NCBI GenBank assembly: GCA_046861395.1
Contig: JBHHUC010000050.1
Location: 1-16,510, forward strand
Length of the DNA: 16,510 nt
Reading direction: 5' to 3'
Source: Fidelibacterota bacterium
GTDB taxonomy: Bacteria; Fidelibacterota; Marinisomatia; Marinisomatales; JABMOV01
Part shown: one piece after another, positions 8,186-16,510 of the stretch
Layout: every line of letters begins with the position of its first letter
Numbering within the stretch: position 1 is the first letter of the stretch
Position numbers and translations under genes: made by a program
Notes under the pieces: model-generated
What the model was told of the DNA's origin: nothing
Seen by the model: only the letters and a program-made list of their open reading frames with translations
Databases searched by the model: none

Positions 8186-10447
8186 ATGTTTGATTTAGAT
8201 ATGATTGAAGAGGTGTACTCCAGTTTAAACCCACGTTTGGCCGCTGCACGTAACCTATTGAGACGGCCCCTGACCGCGGCAGAAAAAATATTGTATTCCC
8301 ATTTGTTCCAAACTCAGCAATTAAAAGCCTTCCAGCGGGGGGGAGATTATGTGGATTTCAAGCCGGATCGCGTGGCCATGCAGGATGCCACGGCTCAAAT
8401 GGCGCTGTTGCAATTTCTTCAGGCCGGGAAAAAACGAACCACCGTTCCGGCTACGGTGCATTGTGACCATTTGATTCAGGCTCAGGAAGGCGCCGATCCC
8501 GATTTGGACCGGGCTGTGGACATCAATGGTGAAGTTTATCATTTCCTGGAATCGGTAGCGAATAAATATGGAATCGGGTTCTGGAAACCGGGCGCCGGAA
8601 TCATCCATCAGGTCATCCTGGAAAATTATGCCTTTCCCGGGGGAATGATGATTGGGACAGATTCACACACTGTCAATGCCGGGGGGTTGGGAATGGTAGC
8701 CATCGGTGTAGGCGGGGCCGATGCGGTGGATGTGATGGCCGGGATGCCCTGGGAACTGAAATTTCCCAAGTTAATCGGGATCAAACTCACCGGGCGGTTG
8801 AATGGCTGGACATCGGCCAAAGATGTCATTCTTAAGGTAGCCGGAATCTTGACCGTAAAAGGCGGAACGGGGGCCATTGTTGAGTATTTTGGCCCGGGAG
8901 CCGAAGCCTTATCCTGTACAGGTAAAGGAACCATTTGTAACATGGGCGCCGAAATCGGTGCCACAACATCCGTTTTTGGTTTTGATGAAAGTATGGTTCG
9001 TTATCTCAAATTAACCGGCCGTGAAGCTGTGGCGGAACTGGCGCTGCAATATGCCGAAGATCTAACGGCTGATCCTGAAGTGTATGCCGATCCTGAGACT
9101 TATTTTGACCAGGTCATTGAATTGAATCTGGATGAATTGGAACCGCATATCAACGGACCGTTTACACCTGACTTGGCTACACCCATTTCCGCATTTGCTC
9201 AGGCTGTCAAAGACAATGACTGGCCGGAGAATCTGGAAGTGGGATTAATTGGCTCCTGCACCAATTCATCATATGAAGATATTTCCCGGGCTGCCTCGGT
9301 AGCCAGACAGGCCGTTGATAAGAATTTGAAAGCCAAAGCTGAATTCACGATTACACCCGGTTCCGAACAGGTCCGCTATACGGTGGAACGGGATGGGTAC
9401 CTTGATATATTTGCTGACATGGGCGGTGTGGTTCTGGCCAATGCCTGCGGTCCCTGCATTGGTCAGTGGGCTCGGGCCGGAGCCGAAAAACAAAAGAAAA
9501 ATGCCATCATTACATCCTTTAATCGCAATTTTGCCAAGCGGAATGACGGCAATCCCAATACACATGGTTTTGTGGCATCACCGGAGCTGGTAACAGCCAT
9601 GGCCATCGCCGGAGATATGACCTTTAATCCTCTGACAGACACATTACATAATGAGGATGGAGAGGAAGTCCGGCTGGATGAACCCAGCGGGTATGAATTG
9701 CCTCCAAAAGGGTTTGCCGTCGAGGATGCAGGATATAAGGCCCCGGCCGAAGATGGCTCTGACATCGAAATTGTTGTCAAAGAAGACTCGGATCGTTTGC
9801 AGCTCCTGCAACCCTTTCCCGCGTGGGACGGGAAAAATATTGTGGGAATGCGATTACTAATCAAGGCGAAAGGGAAATGTACAACAGATCACATTTCCAT
9901 GGCCGGTCCCTGGTTGCGTTATCGTGGACACTTGGATAATATTTCCAACAATCTTCTCATTGGTGCCGTGAATGCTTTCAATGGTAAGACCGACACGGTA
10001 AAGAACCAGTTGACCGGAGAATATGGGTCTGTACCTGCCGTTCAACGAGAATATAAGGCGGCCGGAATCCCTACCATTGTTGTCGGAGATGAAAATTACG
10101 GGGAAGGTTCAAGCCGGGAACATGCAGCCATGGAACCACGACACCTTGGGGTTCGGGTGGTTCTGGTAAAATCCTTTGCCAGAATTCATGAAACCAATCT
10201 GAAAAAACAAGGCATGCTGGCCCTGACGTTTGTGGATAAAGCAGACTATGACATTATTGCCGAAGATGATATCTTTGATTTCCTTGACCTGAGCCAGTTT
10301 ACTCCGGGGAAACCGCTTACCCTGCGCGTCACTCACCGGGATAATTCCGTTGATACTATAATCTGCAATCATACTTACAATGAGGCGCAGATTGAATGGT
10401 TTAAGTATGGTTCGGCTCTGAATAAAATCGCTGCCGATCAACATTGA
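8186..10447 (+). CDS. Aconitate hydratase, mitochondrial-type
   Basis: 753 aa with [34 protein letters not shown], [4Fe-4S] ligands GSCTNSS and [24 protein letters not shown] and [12 protein letters not shown]. Confidence 0.97.
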   Translation: MFDLDMIEEVYSSLNPRLAAARNLLRRPLTAAEKILYSHLFQTQQLKAFQRGGDYVDFKPDRVAMQDATAQMALLQFLQAGKKRTTVPATVHCDHLIQAQEGADPDLDRAVDINGEVYHFLESVANKYGIGFWKPGAGIIHQVILENYAFPGGMMIGTDSHTVNAGGLGMVAIGVGGADAVDVMAGMPWELKFPKLIGIKLTGRLNGWTSAKDVILKVAGILTVKGGTGAIVEYFGPGAEALSCTGKGTICNMGAEIGATTSVFGFDESMVRYLKLTGREAVAELALQYAEDLTADPEVYADPETYFDQVIELNLDELEPHINGPFTPDLATPISAFAQAVKDNDWPENLEVGLIGSCTNSSYEDISRAASVARQAVDKNLKAKAEFTITPGSEQVRYTVERDGYLDIFADMGGVVLANACGPCIGQWARAGAEKQKKNAIITSFNRNFAKRNDGNPNTHGFVASPELVTAMAIAGDMTFNPLTDTLHNEDGEEVRLDEPSGYELPPKGFAVEDAGYKAPAEDGSDIEIVVKEDSDRLQLLQPFPAWDGKNIVGMRLLIKAKGKCTTDHISMAGPWLRYRGHLDNISNNLLIGAVNAFNGKTDTVKNQLTGEYGSVPAVQREYKAAGIPTIVVGDENYGEGSSREHAAMEPRHLGVRVVLVKSFARIHETNLKKQGMLALTFVDKADYDIIAEDDIFDFLDLSQFTPGKPLTLRVTHRDNSVDTIICNHTYNEAQIEWFKYGSALNKIAADQH

Positions 10448-11364
10448 AAATATTGATTACGGATCCTGTAGATGCCGATGGACTGGGAATTCTCCGCCGC
10501 AACGGGTATACTATTCGCGATTATGCCGATATCCGGAAAGAGGAATATGAAAATGAATTACCTTCCGTTGATGGCTGGATATTGCGCAGTGGTACGACAA
10601 TAACAGCTGCCGATCTATCCCGTGCCCAGCAGCTGAAAGTCATCGGACGGGCCGGTGTAGGGCTTGACAATATCGATACCAAGACAGCTTCCGAACGGGG
10701 AATTACCGTTCTCAACACGCCGGATGCGAACACCATCGCCGTGGCAGAACATGTGATGGGATTGATTCTGACTCTTTTGCGGCATACGGTGGCAGGACAT
10801 CAAATGATTGCCAGTGGCCAATGGAATCGCCATCAGCTGATCGGAAATGAATGCTATGGCAAAACGCTGGGTATCGTGGGTCTGGGGAAAATCGGCAGGG
10901 CCGTAGCAGAGCGAGCCCAGGCGTTTGGAATGACTCTCATCGGTTATGATCCCTATGTAAATGTGACTGACCTACCGGGAGTAAATATCCAGCCGGTAGC
11001 CAAGGATTTGCTTATAGAAACAGCGGATATTATTACACTGCACGTCCCTGCGATAACTGAGACAGAGAATCTGGTCGATGCAACCTTCCTGGCGGCGATG
11101 AAGTCTTCGGCTTACCTTATTAATTGCGCCCGGGGTAGAATTGTAAATGAAACGGCTCTGATCGAAGCCTTGATGAAGCATGAAATTGCCGGTGCGGCAA
11201 TGGATGTATTTCGTACGGAACCGCCGGAGAATTATGAACGGCTGGCACGCTGCCCAAATATTGTCCTTACTCCGCATCTCGGTGCAGCAACACAGGAAGC
11301 GAAAAAACGTGTTTCCGTAGAAATTTGCACGCGCCTGGTGGCCTATCTGAAAAGTGGTGCATAG
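10444..11364 (+). CDS. D-isomer-specific 2-hydroxyacid dehydrogenase, SerA/phosphoglycerate dehydrogenase-like, without ASB/ACT domains
   Basis: Motifs [26 protein letters not shown]...[17 protein letters not shown] (NAD binding), YDPY, INCARG, DVF..EPP and [11 protein letters not shown] start overlaps the aconitase TGA. Confidence 0.88.
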   Translation: MKILITDPVDADGLGILRRNGYTIRDYADIRKEEYENELPSVDGWILRSGTTITAADLSRAQQLKVIGRAGVGLDNIDTKTASERGITVLNTPDANTIAVAEHVMGLILTLLRHTVAGHQMIASGQWNRHQLIGNECYGKTLGIVGLGKIGRAVAERAQAFGMTLIGYDPYVNVTDLPGVNIQPVAKDLLIETADIITLHVPAITETENLVDATFLAAMKSSAYLINCARGRIVNETALIEALMKHEIAGAAMDVFRTEPPENYERLARCPNIVLTPHLGAATQEAKKRVSVEICTRLVAYLKSGA

Positions 11365-11366
11365 CT

Positions 11367-11385
11367 GATTATGATAATGATGGTA
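11367..11385 (+). promoter_or_regulatory. Fur-box-like sequence
   Basis: GATTATGATAATGATGGTA matches GATAATGATAATCATTATC at 14/19 positions by my count; the context is AT-rich. Confidence 0.3.
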
Positions 11386-11406
11386 AATGTGATAAATATC
11401 ATAAAT
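11385..11406 (+). promoter_or_regulatory. CRP/FNR-family-like operator
   Basis: AAATGTGATAAATATCATAAAT contains TGTGA-N6-TCATA (9/10 of the CRP core; 16/22 of the full consensus) and the dyad TGATA-AA-TATCA. Confidence 0.4.
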
Positions 11407-11498
11407 ATATCACTGTATGATGGAACCTTCGTTTACTATTTACGTTTGATGCGAAACTTATGTTAATTTTCAGCCAATAATCAAAACCGGAGAGAAGA

Positions 11499-11918
11499 AT
11501 GTCCAAACTGTGGGAAGATTTGAAAAAGAATATGAAAGACTGGAGTTCCGCTGCTGTTGAAAAGGCAGAGGAAGTCAGCAAGATTGCCGTTGCTAAAACG
11601 GAAGAACTGACCCGAATCAGTAAAATTAAACTGGAGATTCATCAGCTGCAGCGGGATCAGTCGAAACTTTATGAAAAGATCGGTAAAAAAGTCATTGAAC
11701 ATTTTGCCGATAACGATACCTTAAAAGCAGATGATATAGATTCATTGAAGAGCAGCGCAGATGAGATAAATCGTCTGACACAGGCGATTCATGAAAAAGA
11801 ACTAAAAATTCAAACGATTAAGGAAGAAAGCGGTATCGAAGAGGATGAAGCCAGTATAGAAACCGATGTCAGTACGGTGGAAGAAAAGGACGAAGAGAAA
11901 AAGACTGAAGAAGATTAA
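11499..11918 (+). CDS. Hypothetical coiled-coil protein with amphipathic N-terminus and acidic tail
   Basis: 139 aa ORF with GGAG SD at 11489-11492 and TGTTAATTT extended -10-like box at 11461-11469. Helical K/E-rich composition. Confidence 0.85.
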   Translation: MSKLWEDLKKNMKDWSSAAVEKAEEVSKIAVAKTEELTRISKIKLEIHQLQRDQSKLYEKIGKKVIEHFADNDTLKADDIDSLKSSADEINRLTQAIHEKELKIQTIKEESGIEEDEASIETDVSTVEEKDEEKKTEED

Positions 11919-11962
11919 CGATAACTGAATGTAATCCGGCTCTGTCCGTATTCCATTTCATT

Positions 11963-11984
11963 TTATCGCCGGTTTACGCGATAA
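11963..11984. terminator. Inverted repeat; possible weak terminator or operator
   Basis: TTATCGC-cggtttac-GCGATAA (7-bp stem) followed by TTGTTCATTT, downstream of the 139-aa gene. Confidence 0.3.
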
Positions 11985-12011
11985 TTGTTCATTTCCGTGC
12001 AATGATTGCTT

Positions 12012-12040
12012 TTGGAAATACTACCTTATATCAGTAAAAT
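12012..12040 (+). promoter_or_regulatory. Candidate sigma70 promoter of the M23-miaB-lap operon
   Basis: TTGGAA (12012-12017), 17-nt spacer, TAAAAT (12035-12040). Confidence 0.45.
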
Positions 12041-12067
12041 CTGTGGTCTATATGGATACGTGTATCT

Positions 12068-12994
12068 ATGCCTAAATACGGACCAAAAAACTTCATATTC
12101 CAATCCGAAAGCCAACGCCGCGTCCGGCAGTGGCATTTCTCGTTGTCACAGATATTTGCCATCGCGGGATTCAGTACAGTCATTATCGGGGCCATTCTGT
12201 TCTTTACCGCAGAAGTTTTCACCCAATGGGTTTATCATAATAAACTTCGCGAAATTCAGTCGGAATACAGTTCAATTTACACTACCTTGAATTATCTCCA
12301 GGGCGAAGTGGAAAACCTGGACAACCGTATGGAAGAAATTGTGGAAAAGGATCAGGCCGTCCGGTCTTATGCCGACTTGCCGCCCATTGACCAGGATGTA
12401 CGCAGTTTGGGTATCGGTGGTGTTCCAGCGGAGCGATCCCCGGAACTTGACGATCAATTGCCGGTCATTAAATCACGAATATCCAATCTGGAATCCAATA
12501 TCAAGCAATTGTCCCGTGAAGTGAAACTGGAGCTGGCCAGTTATGAAGACATCTACGACAAAGTGAAAATCGACAGTGAGAAACTGAAACATATTCCATC
12601 CATTCGTCCGGTTATCGGCGGTTATCTCAATTCTAATTTTGGTTATCGCAAGGACCCTCTGGATGGCAAACGCCGATTCCACCATGGTTTGGATATTACG
12701 GTAGGAGACGGAGCCCCTGTTTTGGCTCCGGCAGACGGGGTGGTCAAGGAAGCGCGAATTCGGGGCGGATATGGTAAATACATTAAAATCGATCACGGTT
12801 ACGGTTATCAGACATTGTTTCTGCATCTTTCTAAGATTAATGTGAAAAAAGGTGAAAAAGTACGTCGTGGTGATGTGATCGGGAAAACTGGTCGCACGGG
12901 TCGGGTCAGTGGACCCCACCTGCATTATGAAGTCCATTATTATGGCACCCCGCAAGATCCCCTGGATTACTTCTTTACTGGATATTTCAAATAA
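12068..12994 (+). CDS. M23 family peptidoglycan DD-metalloendopeptidase (membrane anchor, coiled coil, LytM domain)
   Basis: N-terminal hydrophobic helix, coiled coil, IPSIRPV, FGYRKDP, zinc motifs HHGLD (HxxxD) and HLHYEV (HxH), GYG.Y..IDHGYGY.TLFLHL. Confidence 0.94.
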   Translation: MPKYGPKNFIFQSESQRRVRQWHFSLSQIFAIAGFSTVIIGAILFFTAEVFTQWVYHNKLREIQSEYSSIYTTLNYLQGEVENLDNRMEEIVEKDQAVRSYADLPPIDQDVRSLGIGGVPAERSPELDDQLPVIKSRISNLESNIKQLSREVKLELASYEDIYDKVKIDSEKLKHIPSIRPVIGGYLNSNFGYRKDPLDGKRRFHHGLDITVGDGAPVLAPADGVVKEARIRGGYGKYIKIDHGYGYQTLFLHLSKINVKKGEKVRRGDVIGKTGRTGRVSGPHLHYEVHYYGTPQDPLDYFFTGYFK

Positions 12995-13022
12995 ATACCA
13001 TACCAGGATTTAATAGTCTTTT

Positions 13023-14351
13023 ATGAATAAATCTTATTATATCGAAACCTATGGCTGTCAGATGAATGTTGCCGATAGTGAATTGATTGCCGGTTTACTT
13101 GCGGAAAATGGTTATAAGAAGTCAGAGGACATCCATCAGGCATCGGCCATTTTCGTAAATACTTGTGCTATTCGTGAACATGCCGAAGACAAAGTCCATT
13201 CCCGCCTGGGAGAATTTCATCGGATAAAAAAACAAAATCCCGGAGTCGTCATAGGTGTCCTGGGTTGCATGGTACAACATCTCAAGGACGATATATTGGC
13301 AAATAAACCTTATGTGGATATTGTTCTTGGTCCCGATTCCTATCGCAACCTTCCCGACATGCTGAACCGCAGCACGGAGGACAAGACTCAGATTGTGGAT
13401 ACTACCTTATCACGATTCGAAGTGTATGATGATCTTTTCCCCAGTCGGAAGGAGGGAATTAACGCCTGGATTTCCATAATGCGAGGGTGCGATAAGTTCT
13501 GTTCCTTCTGTATCGTTCCTTTTACCCGCGGCCGGGAGCGAAGCCGCTCGGTGGAAAGTATTCTCCAGGAAGCGGAGCAAGCAGTGAAAGCTGGTTTTGC
13601 TGAGATAACCCTCCTGGGACAAAATGTCAATTCTTATTCCTTCCAGGATTTTCGCTTCCCGGAGTTGCTGGACCGTGTGGCACAGGTCCCTGGGCTAAAA
13701 CGGATTCGCTTTACTTCACCTCATCCCAGTGATGTCACCGAAGCCATGCTGGATGTCATGGCCGGACACAAGAATCTCTGTAATTATATTCATTTTCCGC
13801 TCCAGGCCGGATCCGATAAAGTATTACGGCGTATGAACCGGACATATACCCGTGATCATTTCTTGCGCCTGGTTGATATGATCCGCAATAAACTTCCGGG
13901 CGTTGGCATCAGCACCGATATCATCGTTGGTTTCCCAGGAGAAACAGATGCTGATTTTCAACAAACCCTGGCGGTTATGGATCAGGTTAGGTTCGATTCA
14001 GCCTTTACATTCAAGTATTCTCCGCGGCCATGGACCAAGGCCGCTCAGTATTCGGACCAGGTTCCGGAAAAGATTAAACAATCGCGATTAGAAGAATTAA
14101 TTACACTGCAGAAAGAACATACATTATACCGGAATCAGAAGCTGGTGGGAACGTACCAGGACATATTGGTGGAAAAAGAGAGTAAGCGTTCAGCCCAACA
14201 GTGGGCCGGGCGTACGGATTCAAATAAATGGGTTATCTTTGATAAAGACAAGGCCGATATCAAGGATATCGTCACCGTTCGCATCGATGAAGCCCGGGGC
14301 GTCAGTCTCCATGGAAAAATCATTGAGAAAGAAGCAATATTATGCGATTAG
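13023..14351 (+). CDS. miaB: tRNA (i6A37)-methylthiotransferase MiaB
   Basis: ETYGCQMNVADSE, NTCAIRE.AE.K, LGCM, radical-SAM GCDKFCSFCIVP, LLGQNVNSY, RFTSPHP, TDIIVGFPGET, FKYSPRP and a C-terminal TRAM domain. Confidence 0.97.
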   Translation: MNKSYYIETYGCQMNVADSELIAGLLAENGYKKSEDIHQASAIFVNTCAIREHAEDKVHSRLGEFHRIKKQNPGVVIGVLGCMVQHLKDDILANKPYVDIVLGPDSYRNLPDMLNRSTEDKTQIVDTTLSRFEVYDDLFPSRKEGINAWISIMRGCDKFCSFCIVPFTRGRERSRSVESILQEAEQAVKAGFAEITLLGQNVNSYSFQDFRFPELLDRVAQVPGLKRIRFTSPHPSDVTEAMLDVMAGHKNLCNYIHFPLQAGSDKVLRRMNRTYTRDHFLRLVDMIRNKLPGVGISTDIIVGFPGETDADFQQTLAVMDQVRFDSAFTFKYSPRPWTKAAQYSDQVPEKIKQSRLEELITLQKEHTLYRNQKLVGTYQDILVEKESKRSAQQWAGRTDSNKWVIFDKDKADIKDIVTVRIDEARGVSLHGKIIEKEAILCD

Positions 14352-14659
14352 TAAAAATATTACTGGGGTTGGCATTCATCTTATTGCTGTTATTGTTTTT
14401 ATTGAAAAACAATGATATGGCTAATGTGGATCTGGTGGTCAAATCATACGAGAATGTGCATTTATCCATCATAATGCTGGGCGCCATCGCGGCCGGAATT
14501 ATTATTGGCTACGGGGTCGCTATAGCCTCTTTGATTTCGCTAAAAACTGAAAATAGGGTATTAGTGCGAAAAATTAAGGATTTATCAGAGGAATTATCAG
14601 ATTTACGGAATGTGGCAATTGACGAAGGAATCTATGATATTAACGGTGATGAGGAATAA
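14342..14659 (+). CDS. LapA-family (DUF1049-like) membrane protein
   Basis: Two hydrophobic helices with the F..KN...V.L linker and a C-terminal coiled coil (EELSDLRN). Lies directly upstream of a LapB-like gene. Confidence 0.75.
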   Translation: MRLVKILLGLAFILLLLLFLLKNNDMANVDLVVKSYENVHLSIIMLGAIAAGIIIGYGVAIASLISLKTENRVLVRKIKDLSEELSDLRNVAIDEGIYDINGDEE

Positions 14660-14662
14660 AAC

Positions 14663-15736
14663 TTGAGTTTTGAATTCATTCTGCTAATTCTCGCGCTGAT
14701 AGGTGGTGGTGTCGCCACCTATTTTCTCATCATGAGAAACCGTCCGCGCCATATGAAAACAGATTATTTATATACGGAAGCCCTGGACGCATTGCTGAAG
14801 GGCAATAAGCGGGTGGCCATCAACCGGTTGCGGGACGTTGTTAAACAGGACTCGAACCATATAAACGCCTATTTACAGTTGGGAAATATTCTAAGGGAGA
14901 CGGCCCCACAGCAGGCCATTAAAATTCATCAATCGCTAACCGTTCGTCCCAATCTTCCCGAATCCCTGCAACTGGAGATTCATAAATCTTTGGCCCTGGA
15001 TTATAAAACCGTGAATGATTATCCCCGAGCGAAGGAGGAGGCGGAAATTATCCTTAAAATGCAACGGCGCAATCTCTGGGCAACGAATTTTCTGGTTCAA
15101 CTGGAAGAAGAGAAAGGAAACTGGGCCGCCGCCGCCCAATATGCTCGGCTGAGTCAGAAAATACAGAATATCAGCAACAAGGAACAGTTGGCCAAATATC
15201 AATTAAATGAAGGGCTTGAACTCCTGAGTGCGGGAAAAATAAATCAAGCCCTCACGGCCTTTCAGAAAGCCAGTAAACTGGCCCCGGACTATAGTCTACC
15301 ATATAGGTATATCGGCGATATTTACGAACAAAACAGAAATCTAACCAAAGCTATTGAGCATTGGGAAAAATACGCCTTACGGACTACCAACAACGGGGTG
15401 GATGTATTCAGTAAAATTGAATCGGCCCTGTTTGATCTGGGACGTTTCAGCGAAATTGAGCAATTTTACCGTCGAATTTTGAAACATGATGCCAATAATC
15501 TCGAAGCATTGTCAAAATTGGCCAATGTTCTGGTGGAAAAAGGCGATCTGGATTCGGCCCTGGCATTAATTGAAAATGCTTTGAATAAAAAACCAGATTC
15601 CCTTCATGCCCGGTTGATGAAATTGAAATTGAACCTGTCCCGGAAAACACCGGCTGAACTGGCCGTCTATATTGATGAGATCATTGAATTAATTCCCGCC
15701 GATGATGTATCCACTACACCTGTTCAGGATGATTAG
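14663..15736 (+). CDS. LapB/YciM-like membrane-anchored TPR protein (no rubredoxin domain)
   Basis: TTG start with GAGGA SD, N-terminal TM helix, Y.EAL..LL, AYLQLGNILRE, AIKIHQSL..RP.L, LALDY (LapB-like N-terminal TPRs) and further TPRs. Confidence 0.78.
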   Translation: MSFEFILLILALIGGGVATYFLIMRNRPRHMKTDYLYTEALDALLKGNKRVAINRLRDVVKQDSNHINAYLQLGNILRETAPQQAIKIHQSLTVRPNLPESLQLEIHKSLALDYKTVNDYPRAKEEAEIILKMQRRNLWATNFLVQLEEEKGNWAAAAQYARLSQKIQNISNKEQLAKYQLNEGLELLSAGKINQALTAFQKASKLAPDYSLPYRYIGDIYEQNRNLTKAIEHWEKYALRTTNNGVDVFSKIESALFDLGRFSEIEQFYRRILKHDANNLEALSKLANVLVEKGDLDSALALIENALNKKPDSLHARLMKLKLNLSRKTPAELAVYIDEIIELIPADDVSTTPVQDD

Positions 15737-16510
15737 ATTCTTTAAATATTTATTTCAAAAGCGTCGATATCATTTATTATTATTCCATATAGTTATATTA
15801 TTTAATGTATTACTTCAAGCGCAGAATATTGAATTGTATTTGCAACTACTGGATGAAGGTAAACGAGATGAAGTGGCTTCCAATCTTCCGAATCTTGAGA
15901 TGAAATATCCGGAACATCCCGGTGTTTTATATTTGAAAGCGCTGATGGAAGTGGAAGGGGAAAAAGCAATTAAACTGTACCAGGAATTATTTCAGAGCTA
16001 TCCTCATTCCGAATATGCCGATGATGCGAGCATGAAAGTGGGAGAATATCTTTATGCCCGGGGATTATACAGCCAGGCCAGTAAACAGTTTCGCTCTATT
16101 CCAATGCTCTATCCCGAAACCCATCATCTGGAGCGATCGTTGGCATTGATGGTAAACAGTTATCTGGCCACCGGGGAGGAAGATAGCGCCCGTTATTATT
16201 TACGCTATTTCGGAAATAAATATACCAAGTTAAATATCACTGAGTTCGGCATCGATATGGATAAATACGAGGTACCAATGAATCTGGTCAAAGTTGAAAA
16301 AGAGGAAGCCAAAAAGAAAATCGCTACCGCCAGGAATAAACAAAAAACCCGAAAAGTCGTTATTCCTGTGGACAATGGGAAAGATCGCCCCTGGGTAGTA
16401 CAGGTCGGTGCTTTCAGTAATTTCAATAACGCTAAAGCATTGAAACTTAAATTGGGTTCCGCCGGCTATTCAGTCCAGATGGAAGATGTAATGTCAAACG
16501 GCCGTCGTCT
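15729..16510 (+). CDS. Exported TPR + SPOR domain protein (3'-truncated)
   Basis: Translated by hand: MIRFFKYLFQKRRYHLLLFHIVILFNVLLQA-QNIELY... is open to the window end. It has a signal-peptide-like N-terminus, BamD/CpoB-type TPR (LYQELFQSYPHSEYADDA.MKVGEYLYARG) and the start of a SPOR domain (WVVQVGAFSNFNNAKAL...GY). Overlaps the upstream stop by 8 nt. Confidence 0.88.
   Translation, partial: MIRFFKYLFQKRRYHLLLFHIVILFNVLLQAQNIELYLQLLDEGKRDEVASNLPNLEMKYPEHPGVLYLKALMEVEGEKAIKLYQELFQSYPHSEYADDASMKVGEYLYARGLYSQASKQFRSIPMLYPETHHLERSLALMVNSYLATGEEDSARYYLRYFGNKYTKLNITEFGIDMDKYEVPMNLVKVEKEEAKKKIATARNKQKTRKVVIPVDNGKDRPWVVQVGAFSNFNNAKALKLKLGSAGYSVQMEDVMSNGRR

Noticed and set aside
10445..10447. TGA read-through or selenocysteine at the aconitase end
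   Set aside because: The aconitase is already complete at its normal C-terminus and the next gene is in another frame.
12006..12290. 94-aa ORF overlapping the M23 start
   Set aside because: Out of frame with the M23 gene, begins within the predicted promoter and has no recognisable features.
12473..12955. 160-aa antisense ORF
   Set aside because: Shadow of the conserved M23 catalytic domain with no independent evidence.
16205..16426. 73-aa minus-strand ORF with a hydrophobic stretch
   Set aside because: Antisense to the Lys/Glu-rich linker of the TPR-SPOR gene, which accounts for its Phe/Leu content.
1..16510. CRISPR array, tRNA/rRNA, riboswitch, IS, prophage or defence island
   Set aside because: Intergenic gaps are at most about 150 nt, and I saw no repeat-spacer pattern, cloverleaf, transposase, integrase or defence-type gene. 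An Rfam/Infernal scan of 8053-8185, 11365-11498 and 11919-12067 would be the decisive test for RNAs.

Overview
Gene-dense bacterial chromosomal window made mostly of housekeeping and envelope genes. I found no rRNA, tRNA, CRISPR array, IS or prophage gene. Layout: (i) 5'-truncated smc (+), meeting tail-to-tail a minus-strand cluster porU-like C25 sortase > maf > yecH-family > pepE; (ii) divergently, a mitochondrial-type aconitase coupled to a short SerA-like D-2-hydroxyacid dehydrogenase; (iii) a small coiled-coil protein; (iv) a probable operon M23 peptidase > miaB > lapA-like > lapB-like TPR > signal peptide/TPR/SPOR protein. The last gene is 3'-truncated and missing from the supplied ORF track. 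The PorU-like protein, mitochondrial-type aconitase and clear Shine-Dalgarno sites suggest an FCB-superphylum organism outside Bacteroidia (e.g. Marinimicrobia-like); this is inference only. No self-contained novel system is demonstrable. The best leads are an SMC with a degenerate hinge glycine motif plus an LSAGE signature, a Cys-free LapB lacking the rubredoxin domain, a PorU without adjacent porV, and adjacent Fur-like and CRP-like boxes at 11367-11406.
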